DNA from: Styela clava
Taxonomy: Eukaryota
Direction of reading: 5' to 3'
Assembly (NCBI RefSeq): GCF_964204865.1
Contig: NC_135256.1
Location: 11,656,001 to 11,720,000 of the forward strand
Length of the DNA: 64,000 nt
The notes under the pieces were generated by a model, which had not been told where the DNA came from, searched no databases, and worked only from the letters and a program-made list of their open reading frames with translations. The translations under genes were made by a program, and so were the position numbers. Of this stretch, positions 26,087 through 39,660 are shown piece by piece; position 1 is the stretch's first letter; each line of letters starts with the position of its first letter.

Positions 26087-28399
26087 CAGTGGTTCTCAAA
26101 CTTTTTTAGTTCTGGAGCCGCATTTCAGACCTCAAAGTTATGAAGAGCCGCACAAATACAACGCAAGGTAAAATAGCAACAAACCTTAAGCGCGTATTTA
26201 AAATACCAAGTCATCGTAACAACAACACACGTAACAACTAGGTCTGGTCAAAATATTCGAATAATAAAATATTCGATTGACATTTTACTATTCGAATATC
26301 CGGTACCACGTGACCTGCGCCACTCTGCTCGGACACCGAACTCGCGCGTCTCCAACTCAATCGTGATTTGTGCGAGATTTCCCAACGGCGCTCGCTATCA
26401 GAAAAAAAATCGTTGTCTTTGTGTTATGGTGTTATATGCTTATCTTTGCACTTAACGTATCAATTCAAATCATTTTTTTTGCAAAAAAAAAAACGTACCG
26501 ACCGTTCCGTAAATTTATAAACATCAAACCAGATTAGGTATTCAAAATAAATTTCCCAGATTTTAAACTCCACATGCTTGGTGTCATGTCATTAGCCGTT
26601 TCTTGCATTACCGAACATAAAGTTGATTGAAATTGAATGTTAAAATGACTTTTCGGCGTTTCATTGTGAAAAAGGCTATTTTAGGTCGTTAGAAAACTCT
26701 AGTTAAGTAAATAGCATGGATTTAAAAATGACCAAAAGATTTTTCAAAAGCTGGTATGAGTTACTTGTATGAAAAATACTCATTAAGTTGTAACCAGATA
26801 AGAAATGTCATGTCCTACTATCTTTAAAGCACTTTGTATTAGCTCTTTATTGATCCCTTCCATCCTTGGCCAAGTAATGTTTTGAATATGTAACATTGTA
26901 ATCGACCATGCATGGCCGTTGAGCCAGGAGTAGAACGTAAAATCAAAGTGAATTTCGTTGTGACAATGCACACTGACTCGTTCACGAATTGTTGCGTCTA
27001 TTATCATCGAAAATGATTACAATTGGTAAATTTTGAAGCATTAGGTGGTAATAATTAAGCCTTATAGCATGACATAATCAAAATCATTAGGTGAAGTGCT
27101 GAATTTGCAAATTCCGTAAAGAAAATTGAGCATTACTCAGTAAGTATTTTAGCTATAATAACCATCGGGGTGTTGTTTTGCTGAAAAAAAAAATGTTAAA
27201 ACTTGAAGGAATTAGGTATAATTAGCGTCTGGCCCTCTATTAGGCACGAAGGCTTAGAAATGCCTTTATTGCCAATTTATTTAATCGCTATTTTAAATCA
27301 ACACTCAGGATTCACGCAATCGTAAATTTGCTAGGTTTATCTATCTAATACTAAAATAACACGAACACCATAGAAAAGCATGAGAACTCAATTATCCTTT
27401 AAACATCTGCATTTCGGTTACCGTTCACTTTAAACAGACACGTTTAATTTACAAGCGGTGATAAGGAAGATCAAATCCAAGGCAGACGATAAAACTCAGA
27501 ATAAAATTAATTTGGTTTTGAAATCAGCCCTTAATGTATTCAACAGCTGTCGCTGATGTGAACGCAAGGGGATATTAGAAATATGAAACTTCGAAATTCG
27601 CCGACCGCTTATTCTTGCAAAAAACGAGAAAGGGCGGGAATATAAAATACCAACTTTAGGATATCGCCGCCAATACGATCGTAGTGACAATCAGCGAATA
27701 TGATATAATTAACCTTTAACCAGTAAAAAAAAACGCTTTTTTGTGGACTTTTCAATGTTTCTATCAATTTCTAAATGGTGTATCGAATCGACCTCCGACG
27801 TTCTGGATCCTTGTTATGTATAAAAAAAATATTCAAATTATTCGATTCGAAAAAAGATTCGATTCTGCCCGCCCTAGACTAACAGCCAATTAATTCAGTT
27901 TTGATTTCTAATAAGTTTGTCAAAGCGGGTCGTAATCGTGGAGGATGCAAAGTGCAGTAGCTGCTTGAGATGATCGCCAGATATTCCGGGACTATTTTCG
28001 ATTACTGGAACAAAATTAAAATGCTCTAGAATTAAAATAATTATTGAGTTATTTGATTTATGCATAATATCCGGGAATGCAACAAACACTCAAAATCCAC
28101 GGAAGCAAGCCAATGATTACAGCCATGTCTAAAATCTTTCCAAGTGAAAAGTGTCCGAGTGGCCGTGAAAACGCTCACTGTTGCGTCACTATTGCATCTT
28201 GTAGGTTAGTCACTACGCAAATAAACATGGGGGAATCCATTCGACTAATAGACCTCAGCATTTTAATTTCGAGTCAATGATTAGTTTTCAATGAACATTT
28301 TTTTTTTAAAAATAATTAATTTTTAAAGCGTTAACGAGAGCCGCAGGAAAGGTTGCTGAGAGCCGCATGCGGCTCTCAAACCTAGTTTGAGAATCACTG
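26087..28399 (-). mobile_element. Defective hAT (Charlie-like) transposon with a probable nested element (about 26239-27876)
   Basis: TIRs CAGTGGTTCTCAAACT / AGTTTGAGAATCACTG; 8-bp TSD GTCAAGAC (26079-26086, 28400-28407). Transposase-like C-terminal remnant LLHFASSTITTRFDKLIRNQ on the - strand. The inner segment is bounded by TAGG.../...CCCTA with ATTCGA-rich subterminal repeats. Confidence 0.85.
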
Positions 28400-29803
28400 G
28401 TCAAGACTCAAGAGCCTTAAATAACCAAACTGATTGGGCATTGCTGATGATAAAGTGACTTTAAAAAATCTTCCGAGTAAAACAATGGGATTTGAACAAA
28501 AAAGTCTAATGTCATATAAGATAATATAATAAAACACTGTTAGTTTTATTAGTATGTCACTAACTCACACATCACGGTCTATTTAAATTCTTTGTCATAT
28601 CATTTTCAGAGACACAAAAGACCACTAATACTGAGCCCACTTGATAAATTAAATTAGGCTATCAATCATTTATTTTAGGCAAAATCATACAATATTAAAA
28701 TGCGATAAAACAATAAATATTACCATACAAATTTTAGATTAAAGATATGACAGAATATAAGATACCGTACGGTAGTATTTTTTTTTTATAATATAACAAT
28801 ACAAATTCATTTCAAAATCTAGGCTAGGCTACATACAAAATACTGTGAGCTTTTCTCCAATTCTGCAGTTAAGAATTTGTTCAGATTTTAGTCTATATTA
28901 ATATTTTTATTGAACCCCTGCTTTCACACCGGTGGCTTTGGTTGTTGTAATAGTCCAAAAAGTCACTTACAGACGATCCTTTGCTTCGAAAACTTGTCAT
29001 CCGCAGAGAACCTGGCTGGATGAGCAGCCTGCATCGGTAAGCCACCAGGAACTATATCTTATCATGCCGTATTTAAAATTGTTCGAGCAAGATTTTTATA
29101 AAGTGCAATCAAATAAGATAACTAAAATCTACAATTATCGCCTGTTCTGTCCGTGCCAGTCCATGATACCAAAGGACACAGTTCTGATATGTTTGAATAG
29201 CGCTGTGTAATGATAGCTTTTAGAAATTGATCCTAGTTATGGGAACACTTGAGTGTGTGTTGTGAGTGGGAGCGTGTGATTCGATTTAAATGAAAATTTT
29301 TTACCGAAGTGCCATGCAAAACAGTAAACACACCAGTTTCGAATATATGATACTATTTTTGAAATACAATTTAGGCTTTCAACATACTCAGAAACTGTGA
29401 TAAAATGGTATATTCGATGTTTGAGATAACATTGTGCAAAGAATGTATTTATTATAAAACACGTTCCTTCTGATAATGCATGGAAGCTTTCAACAATTTT
29501 TCAATAAAGCAGAAAAGAGGCTGATACTAGCCCGGTTTCTAAGAGTTGCGTTCTCAAAAGTTTCCAATAAATGAACACAGCAGTTTGCTGATTGGTTGTA
29601 CCTTTAACACGATTATTTTTGTCACTAATTCCATCGCAACGATATTTCAATATTCAACAATTGTCCAACCATACTTATAAGTTAGTTCTTCCGATGACAC
29701 ACTTCCGGTCTGAGTAAAGCTGGCCTTTATCAACAATGTGACGTACATGTACAGTGATTATTCAACGTATGATTCCTGTCGAGTAGAAGTTTGTCTGTGC
29801 AAT

Positions 29804-31418
29804 ATGGCAACAGCCGTAACATACGAATTTCAATGCAAACATTTTGGTTTCACTGATGTCACACCGAAGCATTTTTACGAGTCTCAGGTATGACTGTTAA
29901 GGAATTGACACGAATAGTTTAGCTAATATGCTGTTTCATTGGTGTAACTAATATCTAATTTGTATCTGCAGTCTGCACAAAAATTGTTTACAATTCTTGA
30001 GACTCATGTTATGCTAACAGGGTTTTCGCTTTACTCTTGTGCTGTTTAATATAGTTCGAGGATTTTACAGAACAATTACATATAAATACTTTTTCCAAAT
30101 CTTGAGTATATCAATTATGTCAATGTAATGTATCTATTGTATCGCTGTGATTATGCCCATATGAAATCAACTGGACTCTGTCGTTAAATGAGTTTATACA
30201 GTAAGACATATGATGTGATTAGAAAGTGTTTATGGAAAAATCTGCTCAACTTGGATTACCTCGCAATATATGCCACATAGTGCGATTTTACCAACAGTTT
30301 TTTATGGTAAAGATTTTTCACATTAAACAACTGCCATCTAAGACTAATGTTATGGGGAACCCCGTGAATTACCTTGAAATGGCGAAGGGTACAAAAATCT
30401 TCTTGTGCCCAATTATCCCCCGTGGGATTCTAGGAGTGATACCGTCGTTATAACCACATTCTCGTATATGAATATTTACAGCTTACCGATGAAGTGTTAC
30501 TAATTACTCAGACTTGAATATCATTTTCATTTTTGCAGTGGACAGAAAGAAAGGAATATTTTGTCGTCTATCGAGCGATTATGTTTCTATATTGTTTGAT
30601 TTGGGCAATTTATGACACCAACTTTTGCGTTAGTTCATATTCTGGGTACTATATTACCCATCTTTCGAGCTGGGGAGAGTGGACCCTCGTTGTTCACTTC
30701 GGATTGGCATTAGCCGTCTCGATGTTTGGACTAATTCAAGATTCCGATTTTTGTTTTAAAAACAACCTCGAACGAACAATCTGTTGTGGTAATGGGAACA
30801 CTTGTCAAATAAGTGAGTTGAAATCAAAAACCACTATTTTATTTCAACCTAATAAAGTTTAGAAACACAAATAACAAAATGATTATCTTTATTCCAGATG
30901 ATATTAAATGGTTCCACAATTTATGCTGGGTGGTAATGACAGCAGCGTCCGGAGTTTCTTATATTGTGACCATATCATATTGGTGCTTCTCCGATAACAG
31001 GATGTATTCAATCGCCGTGAATACTCACCAACATATCATGAATTCTGTGTTGATGACAATGGATCACCTACTAAGCAGAGTGCCTACTCGATATCTTCAT
31101 TTTGTTTATGTTTCTTTGTATGGGGCAGTGTATACTTTGTTTACCGTGATACTACACCTAATTGGCATTCGACCTATGAAATACTCAGGCACACTAGACT
31201 GGACAAAGAGTCCTGAAATTTCAATAGTAGTTTCATTAGGTTTAGTCACGGTAGGGGCTTGCGTGATTCACTTTATCACCTTTACCATTTTTAAACTAAG
31301 AGATTTGACTCATTATAGACTTCGCACGTCTCAGACTAAGAGTGCGTTATTTAGCGACACGTCTAGCCATTCGAATAAAGATATTAATGCTAACGAAAGA
31401 TCACGAATTTTGCAATAA
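29804..31418 (+). CDS. Protein rolling stone-like multipass membrane protein, 3 exons
   Basis: Exons 29804-29887, 30539-30812, 30898-31418 give MATAVTYEFQCKHFGF...FYESQW...YR...YITHLSSWG...VTISYW...HIMNSVLMTMD...P.RYLHFVY..LYG..Y..F...YSGTLDW. About six hydrophobic segments, as in the rolling stone / FAR-17a-like family. Confidence 0.85.
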
Positions 31419-31494
31419 TTGCCAAACAAACCCCGATCTATCAACAATGTAGTATAATTTGGTTTAGTTTACCCATCAAAATGATAATTTAAAA

Positions 31495-31597
31495 GGACCT
31501 CCAAAAGTATGCGCACCAAGATGGCGCACAACCTGAACTTAGTATGTGTGTACCCGACCGGTTAGGATTCGGGATGTGCGCATACTTCTGGAGCACC
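31495..31597. mobile_element. Short member of the GG-ended palindromic MITE family
   Basis: GGACCTCC...GGAGCACC ends, CAAGATGGCG core, 8-bp TSD ATTTAAAA (31487-31494, 31598-31605). Confidence 0.8.
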
Positions 31598-32871
31598 ATT
31601 TAAAATTAATAATTATTACATTTGTTGTGCATTTACGTTATAGCTTGTTGTTTTCACACTGACTAGATTTGTGATTATGATGTCATAATTGCTCGTTGGT
31701 TTTACCGTAAATATATACGTTGCGCGCGCTTATTGTATTTTGGAGTATACGATACCACATTTTGCTGTATAATGAACTGTAATATATATATTTGTTTATT
31801 AGTTATATGGCAATACGCAAGACATCACAGCCTTGGCTTGAAGGATGAAGTTTTAAAATTTGCAAGAAATTACGTCTTATAATAATCTTTAAGATATTCG
31901 GTGGAATTGTACTAATGTAATGATGCAATATTAATGTTGAAAATATTTCCTTTTTTTAAAAATTATTTCAATAGCTCGAAAATAAATAAAGCAAATGCCT
32001 AGACAAGGGAGCACATATCAAATATATGTTAGCCGTAGCGTAAAGAACCATGCACAACCAATTGAATGTTGGGCAAAAGAGCAATTCTGAAATGTTTTTG
32101 TATGGAGGTGAATTTGAACGTGTGTCCAAGAAATATAAAAACATTGAAATATACCCAAGGTAAAAATATCGGGCCCTGTAGGACTCAGAGTGATTCGAAA
32201 AGAAGTACTAGTCTTCTAGCGACTTCGTACATCTTTAAATATTGAAAATAGAATGGTTCATAAATTGCAAAGAAAAGTGATTTTTTTTCTCAACAACTAC
32301 AATAAACTCAAAGCCTCCAACAATAAACGCAAAACAGATAAAATGAGGATGACCTAAAAAACGAGTTGAATTTCTAGCGCAGTCTGAAGTTCTAACCCTG
32401 ACTGGATAATTAGTAATTTTCTTATTTTGAGCGTTGGCTGGGGTTTTGTACACAAGATAGATAGATACACAAGATATCATTAAAATAATAAACAAACACA
32501 TTTTTGTTTTGCATGTACTTTAGACACTTGATTTAACTGAGAGAGACCATGCCTCGAAAAGTTCATTTTGACAATGCTGGGATGCGAATCGGGGCCGTGT
32601 AATAGCTTGTATATTCTTGTACAGGAAGGCTTAGATATAGCATGACACGGCCATACCTCTTTTAAACAAAGGTGATACTTTCGATCATAGATTTACGCCT
32701 TTGTTGGCAATAACAAATACAACAGTTAGTGAACCTATTCTATGCACGACACATCCAATGATATGTACACTGTGTACTGCCAATATAAATGTGCGATCAA
32801 AAAAAACATGCACATTATTAGCAGTTGTCACTGGCTTCACTTCTAGGCAGGCGTACATCTTGTTACTGAAC

Positions 32872-33630
32872 ATGATGTTTCACTTAGTAATACTGAATTT
32901 TATTGTTGTTACTGGCACAGTAGGGCTTGATCCAAAATGCTCAAGTGAATGGGACACAACCAACTCGTTCCTCAACATCGCTTTGGACTGGAGCAGTAAC
33001 GTCGCACAAAGTGACAGCGACAAGACAAATATGGAATCAGACAATAATAAGATTCTCCAAGCGTCATCTAGTCCTACGTGTTCTGCTCATATGGATGAGA
33101 AATCATCACTAGTCACCATGACTTTAGATTGGGAAAGTCCAGATAATGCTATGATTGACGAAGATACATTGTCAGTAAATTTCGATTCGCAAATTAAGGA
33201 AATTGAAAACCGTTTAAATCATGTTGAGCAGGGTTGGTTGGTAATTGACAAAAGACGTTTTTGGTTTGGTGCACATGAAATGACTTGGCAAGCGGCATAT
33301 TATGAATGTATGTATAAAGGTGGAAGACTCCTCTCGAAGGGAATGCGTGATCACGAGGAAAAGGGCGAAATTATATCCATAGTTCAACTTAAGAATGCAG
33401 TTTATTGGATTGGGCTGAATGATATTAAAAACGAAGGCACATGGATATGGTCAGATGGGACGTACGCTAGTTCCGACGAAATACCCAGACGCAGTAAACG
33501 GAAGTTAATACGAGAAGATTGTGCAACTTTATTTTGGCAGCGTGAAAACAAAAAGAAACTGCGGGGTGCAGTTGAAGATCAAATATGCTCAAATAAATTT
33601 CGAGTCATATGCGAAAAAGATTCATTATAA
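32872..33630 (+). CDS. Secreted C-type lectin domain protein (intronless), paralog A
   Basis: Signal peptide MMFHLVILNFIVVTGTVG, short coiled coil, then a CTLD: MTWQAAYYEC..KGGRL, YWIGLNDIKNEGTWIWSDG, EDCA, C...FRVICEK. The true start is likely ATG 32872, by comparison with paralog B. Confidence 0.88.
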   Translation: MMFHLVILNFIVVTGTVGLDPKCSSEWDTTNSFLNIALDWSSNVAQSDSDKTNMESDNNKILQASSSPTCSAHMDEKSSLVTMTLDWESPDNAMIDEDTLSVNFDSQIKEIENRLNHVEQGWLVIDKRRFWFGAHEMTWQAAYYECMYKGGRLLSKGMRDHEEKGEIISIVQLKNAVYWIGLNDIKNEGTWIWSDGTYASSDEIPRRSKRKLIREDCATLFWQRENKKKLRGAVEDQICSNKFRVICEKDSL

Positions 33631-36600
33631 TTCAGTTCCAAGTCTTTCATCAATAATCACAAAATATTTCCACACGATCTCACTATTCTATATCGATTTC
33701 AAATAAAATATTAATACCTCAGGGGAGTGGAAAACATACAAGATATATTAAAGTAGAGCTTATTATATATTTATTATTAATATCACTTATATTCATCATT
33801 ATTTAATTATATGATGTTTATTCAGAATGCATAAAGTTTTCACCCTTTTCGTCTGGGATCCGATTGTCTGGAACTAGTTTTGACATTTATAATACCACGC
33901 ATATATGAAACTTTCGCCAGAAAACTTCGAAAAAATTTGTTGAACTTCACCCCAGTATCTAATCTATACAAGGCAAAAATTGGTGCAGCTCAAACGCCAT
34001 TTAGCTACGACCAGTGTTTGCTGTACCAATCTAACATGAGTGTGATTGAACCCAAATTTCCGAATTAGTTCAGAACGAGATATACCGCTACAAATTAGTT
34101 GGTGTCATTTTTAGAATATACCCCAAGTTGAAATGACCACTCTTCTGTGAATTTTTAGTTGCATTCATGTCCTAAAAACAACTCACGGGATGTATAGAGT
34201 ACACGTTTGCGTAGATGGTTCACATACCTTTTCTGGGCATCTATTTAGATTGGACACCATATAATCAGCTATTTTGCTTACCGCAAAAACTCTTAGCGAA
34301 TTATATGAATACGAATAAGGCAGCTATATTTATAATTAATTATCCAGGTTCTTATTCAAATTAAATATGCGTACCCGACTGTAAAGAAATGTGCTTTCGC
34401 ACGTATACTATGGCCATAGGAATTTTACATTTATGAGATATATTGTCATATTCCGTAAGGTGCATTGGTTTCATTCTGGATGGATGATCTGGACAGATTA
34501 GCGTGAAGCTGAACATCCCGCATCAACATGATTTAAACAAATAGGTAGCGTGTAGTGACGGTAGACGCTCATAGTCTTTAATCGCGGCTACTAGTGAACA
34601 TGACTGGGTGCGCAATAGCAGTGTTTTTTAACTGTCTACATCGCCGGGTGGGTAAGATATAAATGTACGCATCAAACTACTGAAACGGATGGAATAGACA
34701 AAAACATGACTTGCACCTAGGCCCAATAATGCAATATTTTGATACGCAAAAGGAATTTCGCTTCACAGGGGTGTTCGAACGAGAATATGTTAGTTTGACT
34801 AAAATACACGTTTACGCTTGTTTCACAAAAGTTTTTAGGGATAAATTCGTTATTTCAGGTAAAATTCATTAAAAAGACTTGAAATTGCTAATTTCTCCAA
34901 ATTCATGAATTGGATCGATATAGTTCCCGTTGTAATTAGACAAACAGATGACAACCAAAAATTTAATTAGATCGATGACATATGGTAGTTAGTATTCCAA
35001 ACCCGAATCGATATCACCATACGCACATACGTATAAAAAGGTTTCAGTTGGATATTTGGGGGTAAGGTATTGAAGAAGGAATGTATTGAGAGGTCTTGTA
35101 AGTGTCGTCTCGTTTCTCGATGTCGTCATGTCTTAACAATTTTCTGTATTCTGTGTCTACAACATTAAACTACATCTACAACGTCAAAACGTGTTTTTAT
35201 TGGCTAAAAGTTTTCCAATTATTTGAACGGAAGATTAAATATATGATCACTTGACAACCACGCTTTTATGCCTTCAACACCAAGAAAGACAATTTTTCAA
35301 ACAGTTCGAAGGTTAGTTGCGTGTCAATGTCATACAAGAAGGCAAAATACGCACAATAGGTACAAAAACGCATTTTATTTATAGATAGCTGGGTGTGCCA
35401 ACCTTTTTTGATGTCCAGGGCGAGCTTCTGATAATGATGCCGCATCTAACAGCCCTAAATCACGCAACGACCAGACGAGAACATTGTCAGGGAAGGGACT
35501 TTCATCCATTGCTGACTCACCATCAGTCACGTAAGACTACGCGCGTAAATTTTAACTTGAATAAAAACATGTGTAATAACTCGAACCATAGAGCTTGATT
35601 CTACTGTCCCCTACATGGTGCTGCCTGGGAAAGGTCCTATGGCCTTTCGCTAGCTCGCCTGTAATATAGAGAGAATAAGATGAAGATTTTCCGTCAACCA
35701 GAGATGATCGTAAACCGAAGCAAAATTATAATAACAAAAAAAATTTAATGTGAATCGATTAAATGAAGCGATAAGGCCATACAAGTATAAATATATTTAT
35801 ATATGGTCATAAACTCCCCCCCCCCCCAATATTCACTGCTATACATATAATTCACAATTATTGGATGACACTGTATAAAACGCCTAAACAATAGAGTATT
35901 GAATTTTTTATGACATCAAGAAAGTATATACAAGGCATAAATTTGGCATACTAAAGATCGGAGTGATAGTGAGGAAGTTAAATAAAAAGTGGTTGATAAT
36001 TTAATGGTTTAAAATAGAATTTAAATGATAAGCTTGGACGGATATATCGAGAAGGTATTTTTTTTTTTTTCATAAGAAACAATACACGATAAAGTCTATA
36101 AGCCCCAAATACACAGCATCTAAACATATTACCTCAGATACCTTTGCGTAGAATAAACATGGAGAAGTTGAACATAAGAGAGCAAACTCAAATATTTTGA
36201 CACTGAGTTCAATATAAAGGTAGGCTATAAGAAGTATATAATATCAAAATTTAGAGGAAGATATTGGGGTCCACGGGACCCAGAAAAACATTGTGAATAA
36301 ATAAAAGTAATAGCCATCAAGCGGTTTCTTCATATTTGGTTACGAAATATAGATTGTTTCATTACTTCTGTAAATAATTTTCACTACAACAACTACAACC
36401 CTAACAATTATACGACACAAAAATATATCGTCGACGACTTGAAAAACTAACAAACATTCTGAACTTATCACGTACAGAGAGATGGAGTTATTGCCACAAA
36501 ACAAAGTAAACACTATTATAAACATAATACAATGATGAAAAATATTTCAGCAGTAATAACAGTGATTGGTTATTGCTTTGTGCGGGTCGGTGTGCATGAC

Positions 36601-38745
36601 CGATTAGGGCCATCTAGGCTCCCGACCATTGTGTATATATATGCTGTATAATACGCTCGTGACGGCATAATATGGTACCATAGGTGGATGCAAATGAGAT
36701 TGAATATAAATGTATAAAATATAAATAAGATAAAGAAATGAGTGAATGAGTCGGCAATTTGATGGTATTATGGAAGCTATTAGAGGCAATTTAGAACTTT
36801 GAGAGGTCATGTATTGGTTGAAGCCGGACATGTCCAACGGAAAGATTTTCACAAAAAGAATTTTCATTATTGGACACAGACCGGGATCAAAAATGGAAAA
36901 ATAGGGACGAGAAAATAATATCATAACAGATTCAGCCAATAGACCGAGCGCGTGATGTAAAAGTATCATTTGACACATTAATTAGTTCACGAGAAGAATA
37001 TAGGGAAAAAATAGTAATATTCACTGGAATATTATTATACGATTCTCAATTAAATATACAATTCACTTGTTACATAGTGGGCTACAATATAAGAAGGTCA
37101 TTACTTGAAATAGACTGGAATATTAATGTATGATCCAGAATTGAATATGCATTTCATCGCTTATTACATAATTAATTTTAACGATACAAAAAAGTTATGA
37201 AATTAATTTACGAAATAGAAAAATGGACAAAAAAAACCCAGTGACAATCACTGTATATTGTCTACCAACATTCATAAGTATTAATACATACTTGAGAAAT
37301 GGAATATTAATTAATGTATGGTCCACAGGTAAATATGCACAATTAAATATGCAATTAATAATGCAGTTAATCACTTTTTTACACAATGATTTTTATCAAT
37401 ATAAAAAGGTTATTAAATTAATTTACAAAAAGGCTACCAACATTTATTAGTATTCATGAGCCATTCCAAGCCAATGTTGAATTTCATCAATTTTTAAAAA
37501 GTTCAGTAAAAGGAATTGTTTTGTATTTTTTATATCAAAAGACACTAGAATTTTATTGGACTGCATTCATTTCATGGAAAAAGGTTTTTGATGGTTTACA
37601 CAAAATGGCCTGAAATGTAGAAATTTTAATATAATTGACATTTTCTGTGATGACTCGAAACAAAAAGTGTTTGATTGTTTGGTACAGTTATTCATATCAA
37701 AAAGACGCACTGGACTTAAGTTAATGAAGATTAGGTGTATTGCAATGCTGTAGGGCTTTCTTTCTTTCCCTATTTAACGATTTGTTGTTAGAATTTTAGG
37801 AGATGATTGAGGCCGCTGCTCCGGAGTGGAATAATATCCAGTAGTGTCACGTCCTATAGAGTCACGTATAATGTCATGGATCTACAGTGTTACATTGAGC
37901 AATTTGAGTGGCACATAGAGGGGTCCTTCAGTTACTGCACCAGAAAATATTGATGGCTCCCGCTGTACCAGAGTGACAATTTACAACACAATGAAATGTT
38001 AATGCATAGTGGATTCGCTACACAGTAGAGTAGCGCTATATTTTAATATAGATATATTTTATACCCAATAAGTAAGTGTGTAACTTTTGTGCAGTTTTGT
38101 TCAAACCCCATAAAGCAACTGCTTGGACAGTAATACAGAACATGTAGCTGTCAATGTAAAAATATATTGTTTATAACAATATGCAAAATTTCTGTAATTG
38201 TCCTGTAGGGTCACTTGGCATAGCCCCCATACACACTTGAAAAAGAACTGGAATATTATTGTATGATTCACAATTAAATATGCAGTTCATCAGTTATGAC
38301 ACAATAACTTCTGATGACATAAAAAGGTAATTACAGTATAATAAACAGTATTATACGGATCAGAGAAAGAGAGATTTTATGCTCAATTTCATGGAGAAAT
38401 AAAAATAATAATAAGGCAATCAGATTATCACAGATTCAGCAATAATAATAAAAAGATACAAATATCAGTAACAATGGTTTTCAACGTTAAACATAATATT
38501 CTTCAGATTGATGACAGAGCAGTAATTTGTGTAAAACAAGAAAGAGAAAAGAACAGCAACTTTCAGTTATACACATGCAAAGTTGGAAAAAAAAACATAT
38601 GACTCTCAATGTGCAGTGTTTATATGAGACAGGTAAATTTATAGTATTAAAATACTGTCTTCAACACACTTACAACAAACCTTTAAAGGCATATTAAACT
38701 CAAGATAATAGGACAAGTTAGAATATTTTAGTGGGAAATACTTTT

Positions 38746-39660
38746 TCAGTTTCTTACTGAAAACATGCACAGAATTTTTTTTAGTTTGAGGGGGACATTG
38801 CCCCAAACCTGTACACCCATATACTTCAGAGATGTTTTGCCCACCTTAGTGGACACTTGTGGAGTAAAGAAAACCTTGTTCCTTTGGGACCCGGTGCAGT
38901 AATTTTGCACTTTTTTTAATGGGGTGAAATAATGTTTAAAGACAGGAGGAACAAGGTCATTTTCATATCGATGCATGAACTTTGCAATTTTTAGCGTAAG
39001 CATATCAGACAGCTGTGGGAGTTGATACTGGTAGAGCAGCAAATTAGTTACACTAACTTTCTCTGCAAATGCCATGCATCCCAAAACTTTATTTTGCAGA
39101 ACTTGGATTGGCTGTGAGGAAGACCTTGTTGCTGAGCCCCAACTTAGCAGGACATATTGCAAACGCGAGTGAAATAAACTGAAATATAATAATTTAAGTG
39201 TTTTAATATTCAAAATATGCCTTAACCTGTAAAATATTTCAAGAGTTTGCGATAATTTCTTGAATAAGTGGACAATATGTGACTTCCAACTCAGTTTGTC
39301 ACCAATTCTAATTCCCAAATATTTAATGGTTTTTGTGTGTTCCATAATGTAACTGCCATTTCAGCTCTAAGTGTGGAAATAGCGTGCTTTTTATTACAGA
39401 ACAACATAAATTTGGTTTTGGAATAATTTAGGGAGAATTTGTTTGCTTTAAGCCAGTTATCAACCTTCTGGAGTTCATGATTCACCACAGTTTGGAGTTC
39501 TGAACCACAGGATGCTGATTTTAGCAGAGAGGTATCATCGGCAAACAATGTCGGATAAAATGCAGATGCCAAAGGTAGATCGTTTATGTAGCATAAAAAT
39601 AACAGCGGGCCAATCGTGGAACCCTGGGACACCACATTCAGGGACGGATTATGCCCCATT
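38746..39660 (-). pseudogene. 5'-truncated, frameshifted CR1/L2-type LINE reverse transcriptase remnant
   Basis: QGSTIGPLLFLCYINDLP, LFADDT, WLKANKFSLNYSKTKFM, KYLGI, LLYFSLFHSRLQY...WG, spread over two frames. Confidence 0.9.

Noticed and set aside
32701-32871. N-terminal extension of lectin A in the ORF track (309 aa)
   Set aside because: Non-ATG start; paralog B has no open frame here, and the signal peptide starts at 32872.
35600-38400. Possible decayed large element or coding remnant between the lectin paralogs (including ORF 36604-36978 and short internal repeats)
   Set aside because: No recognisable motifs or termini by eye.
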